Source: Candidatus Poribacteria bacterium
GTDB taxonomy: Bacteria > Poribacteria > WGA-4E > WGA-3G
NCBI GenBank assembly: GCA_965205015.1
Contig: OZ242029.1
Span: 896,001-960,000, forward strand
DNA length: 64,000 nt
Direction of reading: 5' to 3'
A program made the position numbers and the translations under genes. The notes under the pieces were generated by a model. The model made no database searches. It saw only the letters and a list, made by a program, of their open reading frames with translations, and had not been told where the DNA came from. Shown here one piece after another: positions 1-8,499 of the stretch. The first letter of the stretch is position 1, and every line of letters starts with the position of its first letter.

Positions 1-585
1 TTCGCCTTCGGAAGTCGTTAGGTAGTGTGTCGTGCCAACATCAACAGCGACCGCAGCCCTCGGTTCAACTTTCGCAGTATCGGGGAGTTCACAGGTAATA
101 TGAGCATACCAGCCACTTGCTTTTTTCACGAGTGTCACTTCTTTCGGATCGCCTTCAAGCGGGCGGTGCATGTATATCTTGACTTCACCCAGCTTTGGTA
201 CTTTCAAACGGTCGTGTTTCCATGGGGTTTCTCGGATAGGATTCTCGCGAACGCGTATCGTCTGTTTTTCAGCATCTTTGGTCTTTCGACGAACCACTTT
301 CGTATATTTGCGAAGACTCCACGTCAGAGAACGCACACGCTTTTTGTAGCGAGGATACCCTTTTTTCGCAGCGTTTTCTTTACAACGTTTGCGGAAGGCA
401 GTAAAGGCTTTATCGTTTCTTCGCAGGGCGTGGTTTTGGAAATCTTGTGGCACTTCTCGGAAGTCATCATATTTTTCACGAGCTTGCGTGAGAAGCGTCT
501 GCTGGTCAGAGAGCGAAACAAAGGTTTCCCCTTCCGTTCCAAGAGGGCGGTTTTTCCTCCCAAAGCTAAAGCATTGGGATTCCAA
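1..585 (-). mobile_element. tnpB: IS200/IS605-family TnpB (RNA-guided endonuclease); runs off the left edge and appears to lack its N-terminal ~45 aa
   Basis: Manual minus-strand translation (absent from the ORF track): ...SLSDQQTLLTQAREKYDDFREVPQDFQNHALRRNDKAFTAFRKR...GYPRYKKR...RLKVPKLGEVKIYMHRPLEGDPKEVTLVKKASGWYAHITCE...VAVDVGTTHYLTTSEGE (RuvC-I). In-frame TAA at 594-592; only a possible TTG start at 585. Confidence 0.85.
556..583 (-). repeat. IS200/IS605-type terminal hairpin
   Basis: Minus strand GGAATCCCAATGCTTTAGCTTTGGGAGG resembles the GAATCCC..GCTTTAG..GGGAG subterminal hairpin of IS605-family ends and sits at the 5' end of the tnpB frame. Confidence 0.6.
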
Positions 586-665
586 AACCGATTATTCCCT
601 TGAGATGTCCCCACGTTACCGCGAGTTTCCTTTTTATCCCCTTGCTACGGAGTAACGCTTGTCTT

Positions 666-715
666 TTGTAGGCACAATTTTGGCATTAGCGAAATGCCCT
701 AAACTCTGCCTACAA
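666..715. repeat. GTAG-type REP-like palindrome
   Basis: TTGTAGGCA...TGCCTACAA outer inverted repeat with inner GGCATT/AATGCC stem. Confidence 0.65.
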
Positions 716-724
716 CCGATGAGG

Positions 725-1438
725 TTATTCTGTCTTAATCTCTGCCCACGTTGTAGCAGCCTTCCCGTCCGGTTCAACAGCCATCGGGTCTTTGCCGCCG
801 TAAATCTCGATTTCATCAACGCGAGCCCCGCCATTCGTGCGAATATGAAGACGTAACCACCGCGCCTCTACATCCTTGAAGGTAAACTCAGTCGTTTCAC
901 TCACCGGATCACCCTTGTGCGTATAAACCTTCGTCCATGAGTTTGCATCGGAGTTTGGATCCGCTTTCGAGGTCGCGACCAGGATATCAAAGTCAGCAGT
1001 TGTCCTATCGAGAAACCCCTGCGAATGATCGCTACCGAAGTAGATGCGGTTCACATTGGCAACATCCCCTATATCGATCTGTGCCCAACCGGGTATCGCG
1101 CCGATGATCCAACTCCGGCAGTTGTTGTAAAAACCGTCGTTGAGGTATTCAACACAGTGTCTGCGCGGACACCATCCCTCGAGCTGCGAAGAGGCTTCCG
1201 GTTTCGCATCCTTGAGGAGTGCCAAATTGGGTTCCTTGTCCCGAACCGTCGGCACAAATTCAGGTCCCGGCTTGCCCCCAGCGTCACATTCATCTGTTGC
1301 TGCTTTTTGGTCCTGCTTCTTAAACTCGTAACGCCCGAACTTTTCAGGTCCTTGCGCTTCGTCATGCACTGCAAAGACAGTAAACGTGCTTATGAGCATC
1401 ACTGCTATCACAAGCCACCAATACTTCGTCCATCTCAT
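725..1438 (-). CDS. secreted discoidin/F5-8 type C-like carbohydrate-binding protein with conserved C-terminal TW-x-x-(I/L)K tail
   Basis: ATG 1438 with GGAGG RBS; signal peptide; WAQIDIG...RIYFG...EARWLRLHI...DEIEIYG; ends AVEPDGKAATTWAEIKTE. Confidence 0.7.
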   Translation of the reverse strand: MRWTKYWWLVIAVMLISTFTVFAVHDEAQGPEKFGRYEFKKQDQKAATDECDAGGKPGPEFVPTVRDKEPNLALLKDAKPEASSQLEGWCPRRHCVEYLNDGFYNNCRSWIIGAIPGWAQIDIGDVANVNRIYFGSDHSQGFLDRTTADFDILVATSKADPNSDANSWTKVYTHKGDPVSETTEFTFKDVEARWLRLHIRTNGGARVDEIEIYGGKDPMAVEPDGKAATTWAEIKTE

Positions 1439-1585
1439 TGTAGATTCCTCCGTTTTCAAGGTAGTCTTTAACATCATATTAGCACAAGTGAAAAATTGTT
1501 TCAAGAAAACGGTTATCTCTTGACTTTTTTTTTCTCTGTTGCTATCTTAAGATTGTATTCACCGTTTAGACATTTTCAATTTTTG

Positions 1586-1614
1586 TTGACACCTGTAAAG
1601 ATGTCGCTTATAAT
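1586..1614 (+). promoter_or_regulatory. sigma70 promoter
   Basis: Perfect TTGACA-17 bp-TATAAT upstream of the 1636 ORF. Confidence 0.75.
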
Positions 1615-1635
1615 TCTACCGTAAAGGATCGAAAT

Positions 1636-2385
1636 TTGAAACAGCATGCTATTTTTTGGTTATTCCCTCTCACTTTGATATACGTTTCAGCAGTTTGCGA
1701 TGCCCAAGAGTTGGTGCTGCATCTCTCTTTTGAGGCGTTAGATGGAAAGGTTGCAAAGGACCGTTCGGAATTTGGTAACGATGCAACCTTCAAAGGTTCT
1801 CCAAAACTCATTGAAGGTGTTTTCGGAAAAGCATTGGAGTTCGACGGAAAAACTTCCGGACAAATTCCCGATCATGCCAGCCTTGATATTGTCGATGGCA
1901 TCACCATCGAATTCTGGGCGATTGTCAAAGGGGGTGAGGCAATCCAGAGCGGTGTCGAAAAAGGCGTCGCTTGGGTTTCTGGCTTGTATAATCTCGCAGC
2001 GCTTTACAACGGCGGAACAATCCTTCAATTTTTTGACTTACCAGATGCCTGTAACGATGAGAACATCGGTCCCAGTATTCAGGATGACGAGTGGCATTTT
2101 CTCGCAGGAACATGGGACGGAAAAACAATTCTGCTCTACATCGACGGCGAACTGGAAGCGGAAATGGCGTGTAAAGGTGAACTAACGCCGAACAACGATC
2201 CCCTCTTCATCGGCGCACGTGGCGGAAGTGGACGCTTTCTCACCGGAGCCTTGGATGAAATCAAAATGTATAATTACGCCTTAACCCAAGAGGAACTGCT
2301 TAAGGATATGGAGGCACCTGTTACGTTGCCTGTCAACGTACAGGATCAATTGACTACCGTCTGGGCACGCCTCAAAACCGACTAA
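1636..2385 (+). CDS. secreted LamG/concanavalin A-like domain protein with conserved C-terminal tail
   Basis: Signal peptide; GKALEFDG, WHFLAGTWDG, LYIDG, GALDEIKMYNYALT; ends PVNVQDQLTTVWARLKTD. Confidence 0.85.
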   Translation: MKQHAIFWLFPLTLIYVSAVCDAQELVLHLSFEALDGKVAKDRSEFGNDATFKGSPKLIEGVFGKALEFDGKTSGQIPDHASLDIVDGITIEFWAIVKGGEAIQSGVEKGVAWVSGLYNLAALYNGGTILQFFDLPDACNDENIGPSIQDDEWHFLAGTWDGKTILLYIDGELEAEMACKGELTPNNDPLFIGARGGSGRFLTGALDEIKMYNYALTQEELLKDMEAPVTLPVNVQDQLTTVWARLKTD

Positions 2386-2404
2386 TCATCGCAACACAGG
2401 AGGT

Positions 2405-3013
2405 TTGATGAAAGCGACACGCTATTTTTTGGCACAATTTACAAGCCAAAATGTGCTTTATAAAAGTCCGACGTTTTTTCTTTTACTACTGACCCTCATC
2501 GGTTGCGCGCTTCCCTTCAGCCAGAACCTAACGCTTGAAGAACAGGTCGCAGTCGTCACAACCGACAAAGGTCTATTCGTGCTTGAGTTCTACCCCGATG
2601 CTGCCCCCGTGGCAGTGGACAACTTCATTAAGTTGATTAACCAGAAGTTTTACGACGGCTTAACATTTCATCGGAAAGTTGATACCCGCGGCTTGAATAT
2701 TATTCAGGGCGGGTGTCCAAAAGGCGATGGAACAGGTGGTCCCGGTTGGACGATCACCGACGAGTACACACATCCGAACCAGCGTCCACACGTCAGAGGG
2801 ACGTTGGCAATGGCTCGGACGTCCGAACCCAATTCATCCGGGAGCCAATTCTATATCTGCTTGAAACCCCAACCCCATCTTGACGGAGACTACACTACCT
2901 TCGGGGGTGTAATTCAAGGGATGGATATCGTCGATCAACTATCAATGGGCGATGTCATGACAAAAATCCAATTGGAGGCGAAGTCAAAATATGTTAAGGC
3001 AACAGCAGAATAA
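2405..3013 (+). CDS. cyclophilin-type peptidyl-prolyl cis-trans isomerase (probable lipoprotein)
   Basis: FYDGLTFHR, IIQGG, GTLAMAR, SGSQFYI, HLDGDYTTFG. Confidence 0.92.
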   Translation: MMKATRYFLAQFTSQNVLYKSPTFFLLLLTLIGCALPFSQNLTLEEQVAVVTTDKGLFVLEFYPDAAPVAVDNFIKLINQKFYDGLTFHRKVDTRGLNIIQGGCPKGDGTGGPGWTITDEYTHPNQRPHVRGTLAMARTSEPNSSGSQFYICLKPQPHLDGDYTTFGGVIQGMDIVDQLSMGDVMTKIQLEAKSKYVKATAE

Positions 3014-3593
3014 GCAACATCGGCAGCTCGCATCCGCAGCACTCTTTATCTTAGCGACTTTCTTCGCTACTTTTGTGCTGAGTTGCGCACAAGAAGATAA
3101 GCCAGCCCCCGTCCCACGTGCCCGCCGCGCTGGCACAGGCACCGCAACAACCACTGCAAAACCGCAGATCGACCCTGCAACGGTCATCGCAGTCGTTGAA
3201 ACGGCAAAGGGTACCATTGAATTTGAATTTCTCGCAGCCGAAGCACCCGAAACTTCTAAGAACTTCATCAAAAACGCCCGGGTGATGTATTATAAGGGTG
3301 AGAAGTTTAATCGCGCAGAAGAACTCCTCGTCCAAGCAGGCTCAAAACTTGCCGCTGGAGATACACTCCCGATTGAGAACGGTTCGCAAGAGATGTCGAG
3401 AGGCGTTGTCGCTATGGCAAAAGAGGAAGGGGCAAGCGTTTCCTACGCATCCGAATTCTTTATCTGCCGAGGGGACGCGATCCTCGACAGTGATTACACC
3501 ATTTTCGGAAAAGTCATCAGTGGAATGGACGTGGTTGACAGCATCGTCGTCGATGACATCATTACGAACATCACCATCCGAGACAAAGAATAG
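2991..3593 (+). CDS. second, divergent cyclophilin-type PPIase (lipoprotein)
   Basis: Lipobox VLSC; VETAKGTIEFE, APETSKNF, GVVAMAK, SEFFI, YTIFGKVISGMDVVD. Confidence 0.85.
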   Translation: MLRQQQNKQHRQLASAALFILATFFATFVLSCAQEDKPAPVPRARRAGTGTATTTAKPQIDPATVIAVVETAKGTIEFEFLAAEAPETSKNFIKNARVMYYKGEKFNRAEELLVQAGSKLAAGDTLPIENGSQEMSRGVVAMAKEEGASVSYASEFFICRGDAILDSDYTIFGKVISGMDVVDSIVVDDIITNITIRDKE

Positions 3594-3596
3594 CAA

Positions 3597-3643
3597 TCAG
3601 TAGTCGGCAATCGGCAGTCGGTTTCCGACTGCCGACTGCCAAT
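3597..3643. repeat. heptamer-repeat hairpin, possible terminator
   Basis: CAGTCGG/CAATCGG-like units facing CCGACTG units; core stem GGCAGTCGG-TTT-CCGACTGCC. Confidence 0.6.
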
Positions 3644-4027
3644 ATGGAGGCATCTATGGCATTAACAGTTATCCGCACGGCTCGCCCAAGTCCCGTTTGG
3701 CAGGAAAGTTACGTGCGCGTTGAAAAAGGGCAACGACTCATTATCGATGCGGAGGGCGCATGGTCTCCGGATTTGCAAAATCGGATCGGATGGTGCGGCG
3801 CTGACGGTGTTCCCAAGACACCGGGTTCCAGCGATTACCTGCTTCCCGGTACGAATATTGGGGCACTCATCGCTCAGATCGGAGATGTTACCTTCGCTGT
3901 CGGTTCACGCTACGACAATCCCGCCCCCGCTGACGGTGTTATTTTCCTCGCAATGAACGAAAGTCCAAACAACAATAACCAGGCAGGGAGCTTACTCGCA
4001 CAAATTATCATCTTTGATGACGAATAG
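3644..4027 (+). CDS. LecA/PA-IL-like lectin-fold protein
   Basis: IDAEGAW...GADG...GALIAQIG...IFLAMNE...NNQAGSL parallels LecA GALVMKIG...LIYND...NNSGSF; similar length. Confidence 0.55.
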   Translation: MEASMALTVIRTARPSPVWQESYVRVEKGQRLIIDAEGAWSPDLQNRIGWCGADGVPKTPGSSDYLLPGTNIGALIAQIGDVTFAVGSRYDNPAPADGVIFLAMNESPNNNNQAGSLLAQIIIFDDE

Positions 4028-4087
4028 GAAAATTTTCCTACAAATATTGACTGCCTCTACTGGGCGAATCGGAACCAGGAGCAATAT

Positions 4088-4453
4088 ATGGACAACACCA
4101 CGGTTCAGGAGGAAGCGCAACAAATTCCCCCTGTCGATTTTATCGGTTATCTTGCCAACCTTGTAGAAACAGGACGGCTCTACTTAGAGGGCATCCCGAA
4201 TCCCGAAACGGACGAGGTTGTTACAAACCTTCCGCTCGTGAAACATATTATTGATACGATTGAGATGCTTGAGGAAAAAACGAAGGGAAACCTTACTGCC
4301 CCAGAAGCCAACTTCTTGGCAAATACCCTCTATGAACTCAGAATGGGCTACGTCCGTGCCATCAATAGACAAGAAACCGCCACACAGGCAGAAACACCAA
4401 CTGAGGAAACCGAAGAAGAGGTCTCCACTGAAAAAACCGAGGATTCGTCTTAA
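4088..4453 (+). CDS. DUF1844 family protein
   Basis: LYLEGIPNP...KHIIDTIEMLEEKTKGNLT..E...L...LYELRM. Confidence 0.85.
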   Translation: MDNTTVQEEAQQIPPVDFIGYLANLVETGRLYLEGIPNPETDEVVTNLPLVKHIIDTIEMLEEKTKGNLTAPEANFLANTLYELRMGYVRAINRQETATQAETPTEETEEEVSTEKTEDSS

Positions 4454-4574
4454 CTGAAGACGCAACAATCACCGAGACAAACGATCCACCACATAAGTCC
4501 CAACACTGTTTATTTTCATGAATTGTCTGCCACAAATCGGGTTAACTCTGTTAAACCTTCGAGGAGAATCAATT

Positions 4575-5624
4575 ATGGAATTTTACCACGGTACAACCTT
4601 AAACAGTGCGAGAGGGATCGTTGAAAACGGGTTCCGTCCACGTGGCGGAGCCGTCTGGTTCACAAACAGCCAGGATTATGCGAAAAACCGCGCCGAACAA
4701 AAGGCGCGACGGAAAAATCGGCGTCCAATTGTAATTAAAACCGAGTTGGATGTCGACAAACTTCGAACGCTTCTCGGTCCGGGCAAAATTCATGTACGGG
4801 GCGGCATCATAGCCGCTAACGAACACCTGCCCGTTCAACTTTTACACTCCAACCTCTTTGAGTGGCTCGCGTGTCCAGTCGCACTCTCACAATGGATTAA
4901 CCGTCAATTGGGACTTTACGCCCACAACGGCGTGAGCCAAAACCACTGGGGGGTCGTGAGGTTGGCACACTGGATGAATAACCGAATGCAATCGGGAACC
5001 GGAAACCGTATTGACCGGAAAGAATTCTTTGCAAAAGGCGAACAATGGTTGCCCACGTTCTTTAGTAGAATTCCCTTTAGCCCAGAAGTTTTACCTATTC
5101 AGCACTTACAGAATGACACGATTGAAGTTAATGTGCTGTACCCAGACACACAGGAAAAACCAGACCAGCCAGTGAAAGTTGATGCACATTACACCAAAGC
5201 CATAGCCGACATTTCTGATCAGAATCCGAAACGACGGATACGTGGACTTCAATTCCTTGAAAAAATCGGAACTGAGGACCTATTCGATTGGTGTGTCCTG
5301 CATCTTGAAGACGAATCGGTGGACGTGGTATGCAACGCGCTACGAACTATGCAACGGTGTGACGACGGATACACCGCCCCTATTCTGGGGTATGCTGCAT
5401 CTAAGAACAAACGCATCCGGGCGAGCGCGCTCGCAGCACTCGCAAAGCACGATTCTCATGATGCTGAACGCTGGTTCGAGCGGGGCCTCAAAGACTCTGA
5501 GACGTGCGTCCGTATGGAAGTCGCAAGACTTTTACCAAGGCTCGATAGAATCGAATACCGCACGCTCTTCGACATCGCACGGCACGATCCGAATCCTGCC
5601 GTCAAACGTAGTGCGAAAAAATAG
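4575..5624 (+). CDS. ADP-ribosyltransferase/KptA-like N-terminal domain fused to C-terminal HEAT repeats
   Basis: FYHGT..SARGIVENGF...VWFT....YA; C-terminal HEAT-like units (RIRGLQFL, DVVCNAL, RIRASALAAL, CVRMEVA, DPNPAVKRSA); GAGGAG RBS before ATG 4575. Confidence 0.6.
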   Translation: MEFYHGTTLNSARGIVENGFRPRGGAVWFTNSQDYAKNRAEQKARRKNRRPIVIKTELDVDKLRTLLGPGKIHVRGGIIAANEHLPVQLLHSNLFEWLACPVALSQWINRQLGLYAHNGVSQNHWGVVRLAHWMNNRMQSGTGNRIDRKEFFAKGEQWLPTFFSRIPFSPEVLPIQHLQNDTIEVNVLYPDTQEKPDQPVKVDAHYTKAIADISDQNPKRRIRGLQFLEKIGTEDLFDWCVLHLEDESVDVVCNALRTMQRCDDGYTAPILGYAASKNKRIRASALAALAKHDSHDAERWFERGLKDSETCVRMEVARLLPRLDRIEYRTLFDIARHDPNPAVKRSAKK

Positions 5625-5650
5625 TATTAGCATTAAAACAAAAAGCGAGA

Positions 5651-6670
5651 ATGAATTATCAACGCAAGATTCTCTTTGCCATGGCACTGCTGATTGGCTT
5701 GCTCGGGACGGGGACGGTTGGCTATCTATTGCTCGAAGGGGATAATCCTCAAGGGGAGTGGCAACTTCTCGATGCAATTTACATGACCGTCATCACCCTA
5801 ACAACCGTCGGTTATGAGAACATGGGGATGAGCGATGCTGGACGAATTTTCACCCTATTTCTACTCATTGGCGGGTTCGGCGTGTTCACCTATAGTGTTA
5901 CGATCGCCACCGCATTCCTCATTGAAGGACAACTCCAAAGTTTTTTCCGACAACAAAAAATGGTTCGAACTGTCGATAAATTAGAAAACCACTATATTGT
6001 CTGTGGACTCGGTGATACCGGGGTCCATGTGCTTGACGAGATGCTGAAGTCAGAAGTAGATTTCGTCGGTATCGAATTCGAGGAAGAACGACTCCTCTAC
6101 CTCTCTGACACACGAAACTTTCTATACCTCCACGGCGACGCAACCGATGACGAATTGCTCATACGGGCGGGAATCGAACGCGCCAAAGGGCTCGTCACAT
6201 GCCTCAGCCGTGACCAAGATAATCTGTTCGTCGTGATCTCCGCGAGAAAATTGAACCCACGGTTAAGGATCGCCTCTAAAGCCGTCGAAGACAATTCACC
6301 CGGAAAACTCATGACCGCAGGCGCAGATGAGGTCGTCCTACCGGATCACATCGGCGGACTCCGCCTCGCCTCCGGCATCCTCCAACCACAACTCGTAGGG
6401 TTCTTAGAAAATATCACCCAAAACCAAGACGGTGCCCAGTTCACTGAATCCATTATTCAAGAAGGCTCCGCTCTGGACGGGATCTTACTCAAAGCCGCCA
6501 GCATCCACGAACAAACCGGTTTAGTTGTTATCGCAATCCATGATAACGACGGGACGTTCCTCTATAATCCTCCTGGAGATAAGAAAATTGCAGCCGGTGA
6601 CGCCCTGTTAGTCATAGCCAACCAGAAGCAGCTACAAACATTGCACAAACTTACCGGAGATTTAAGTTAG
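5651..6670 (+). CDS. two-TM potassium channel with TrkA-N/TrkA-C (RCK) domains
   Basis: DAIYMTVITLTTVGY pore helix; HYIVCGLGDTG; GDATD; RCK-C. Confidence 0.9.
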   Translation: MNYQRKILFAMALLIGLLGTGTVGYLLLEGDNPQGEWQLLDAIYMTVITLTTVGYENMGMSDAGRIFTLFLLIGGFGVFTYSVTIATAFLIEGQLQSFFRQQKMVRTVDKLENHYIVCGLGDTGVHVLDEMLKSEVDFVGIEFEEERLLYLSDTRNFLYLHGDATDDELLIRAGIERAKGLVTCLSRDQDNLFVVISARKLNPRLRIASKAVEDNSPGKLMTAGADEVVLPDHIGGLRLASGILQPQLVGFLENITQNQDGAQFTESIIQEGSALDGILLKAASIHEQTGLVVIAIHDNDGTFLYNPPGDKKIAAGDALLVIANQKQLQTLHKLTGDLS

Positions 6671-6680
6671 ACGAAAAGCG

Positions 6681-6709
6681 TTGACCTGTTATCTTCCGCG
6701 TGATATAAT
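6681..6709 (+). promoter_or_regulatory. sigma70 promoter
   Basis: TTGACC-17 bp-TATAAT upstream of comM. Confidence 0.65.
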
Positions 6710-6821
6710 AGAGTCAGACGTTACCGGACGAGATTGAATCTCACCGTTGTAAAATACACGCGCATAAAACACAATATTGCAATACATTCTTAAACTGTTG
6801 AAAATTGGAAGGAACACATAT

Positions 6822-8360
6822 ATGCTCGCAACCGTTCTAAGCAGTGCAATGCTCGGAATTGATGCTTACATCGTGAAAGTTGAGGTAGATGTTGCTGGTG
6901 GAATGCCGTCCTTCAGTACTGTCGGCTTACCCGACAACGCCATCAAAGAGAGTCGGGATCGGGTTACCGCTGCCATTAAAAACTCCGGTTTTTACTTTCC
7001 ACCCACCCGAATCACGGCGAACTTAGCACCTGCGGATATCCGAAAAGCGGGATCGGCGTTTGACCTTCCTATTGCAATCGGGGTGATGGCAGCCACCAAG
7101 CAAGTAAACCTCACGAGACTCGAAAACGCAATAATTTTAGGTGAACTCGCACTTGATGGAAGCGTTCGCGGCATACAAGGTGGACTCCCTATCGCTATTT
7201 CCGCAAAAGAGAACGGCATTCGAGACCTCATCTTGCCAGCTGAAAATGCAAAAGAGGCAGCGATTGTCGAAGATGTGAACGTCTATCCGGTCACAAGCTT
7301 AGCAGAGGCGGCTGCATTCCTCAATTCCGAGAAAGAAATCGTAGCAGAACCACACGCGCTTAGCACGCATGTACACAAGGAGCATCCTGACACACATCTT
7401 GACCTGCTCGATGTGAAAGGGCAGGAACACGTTAAACGCGCCATTGAAGTCGCCGCCGCAGGTGGGCATAATCTCATCATGATTGGACCGCCCGGCTCCG
7501 GAAAGACCATGATCGCGAAACGAATTCCGTCGATTCTGCCGAAACTGTCTATCAACGAATCGTTAGAAACGACGAAAATTCAAAGTGTCATCGGTATTTT
7601 GCCGAGCGATACACCTCTGGTCGTGACGCGCCCATACCGTTCACCACACCATACGATTTCAGACGCAGGTTTAATCGGCGGTGGAAGAGTACCGCGTCCC
7701 GGTGAAGTGAGTCTCGCACATAACGGTGTACTCTTTTTAGATGAACTCCCCGAATTCCGACGAAACGTTCTTGAAGTCATGCGGCAACCGCTCGAAGATC
7801 GGCAAGTAACCATCTCCCGCGCATCTGCATCCCTCACGTATCCCGCGAATTTCATGCTCGTCGCCGCCATGAACCCGTGTCCCTGCGGATTTTTTAGCGA
7901 TCCGACCCGGGATTGCAAGTGTTCGTCCACTCAGATTCAAAACTACGTCTCCCGGATCTCTGGACCGCTCTTAGATAGAATCGACATCCAAGTTGAAGTG
8001 CCAGCGGTGAAATATGCTGAACTTGCAAACGAAACAACCGGTGAACCCTCGGCACACGTCCAAGAACGGGTTGAAAAGGCACGGCACATCCAACAGCAAC
8101 GCTTCGCAGACACGGCAATACACGCCAACGCAAACATGGAATCTAAACAGATACGAGAGTACTGCACAATCGATTCCCAAGCACAGGATCTGCTACGGGT
8201 CGCGATTAACCAATTAGGACTCAGTGCACGTGCCTATGACCGAATTTTGAAGGTAGCACGCACCATCGCCGACTTAGACGAAAACCCGCATATAGAGGCA
8301 GTTCACGTCTCTGAAGCCATACAATATCGGAGTCTCGACCGAAGCTTCTGGAAACAGTAA
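6822..8360 (+). CDS. comM: YifB/ComM Mg-chelatase-like AAA+ ATPase
   Basis: VGLPDNAIKESRDRV, GPPGSGKT, PGEVSLAHNGVLFLDE, NPCPCG, SARAYDRILKVARTIADL. Confidence 0.95.
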   Translation: MLATVLSSAMLGIDAYIVKVEVDVAGGMPSFSTVGLPDNAIKESRDRVTAAIKNSGFYFPPTRITANLAPADIRKAGSAFDLPIAIGVMAATKQVNLTRLENAIILGELALDGSVRGIQGGLPIAISAKENGIRDLILPAENAKEAAIVEDVNVYPVTSLAEAAAFLNSEKEIVAEPHALSTHVHKEHPDTHLDLLDVKGQEHVKRAIEVAAAGGHNLIMIGPPGSGKTMIAKRIPSILPKLSINESLETTKIQSVIGILPSDTPLVVTRPYRSPHHTISDAGLIGGGRVPRPGEVSLAHNGVLFLDELPEFRRNVLEVMRQPLEDRQVTISRASASLTYPANFMLVAAMNPCPCGFFSDPTRDCKCSSTQIQNYVSRISGPLLDRIDIQVEVPAVKYAELANETTGEPSAHVQERVEKARHIQQQRFADTAIHANANMESKQIREYCTIDSQAQDLLRVAINQLGLSARAYDRILKVARTIADLDENPHIEAVHVSEAIQYRSLDRSFWKQ

Positions 8361-8499
8361 CCCTACAAAGAGAGGTTTTCTTAAAATTAGCAAAAGCAAG
8401 CAGCAAGTCGACAACGGAGGCTTGCGGATTTCAAGCAGGAATGGTGCAGGCACAAAGCCATTTCCGCTACGCTTGGCGACTAATTAAAAGAAAGGAAAA

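Noticed and set aside
25-603. 192-aa + strand ORF
   Set aside because: Antisense shadow of the minus-strand TnpB frame; no recognisable motifs.
8365-8490. Possible structured ncRNA upstream of the sulfatase
   Set aside because: Only a weak hairpin (GGAATGG...CCATTTCC); no recognisable riboswitch consensus.
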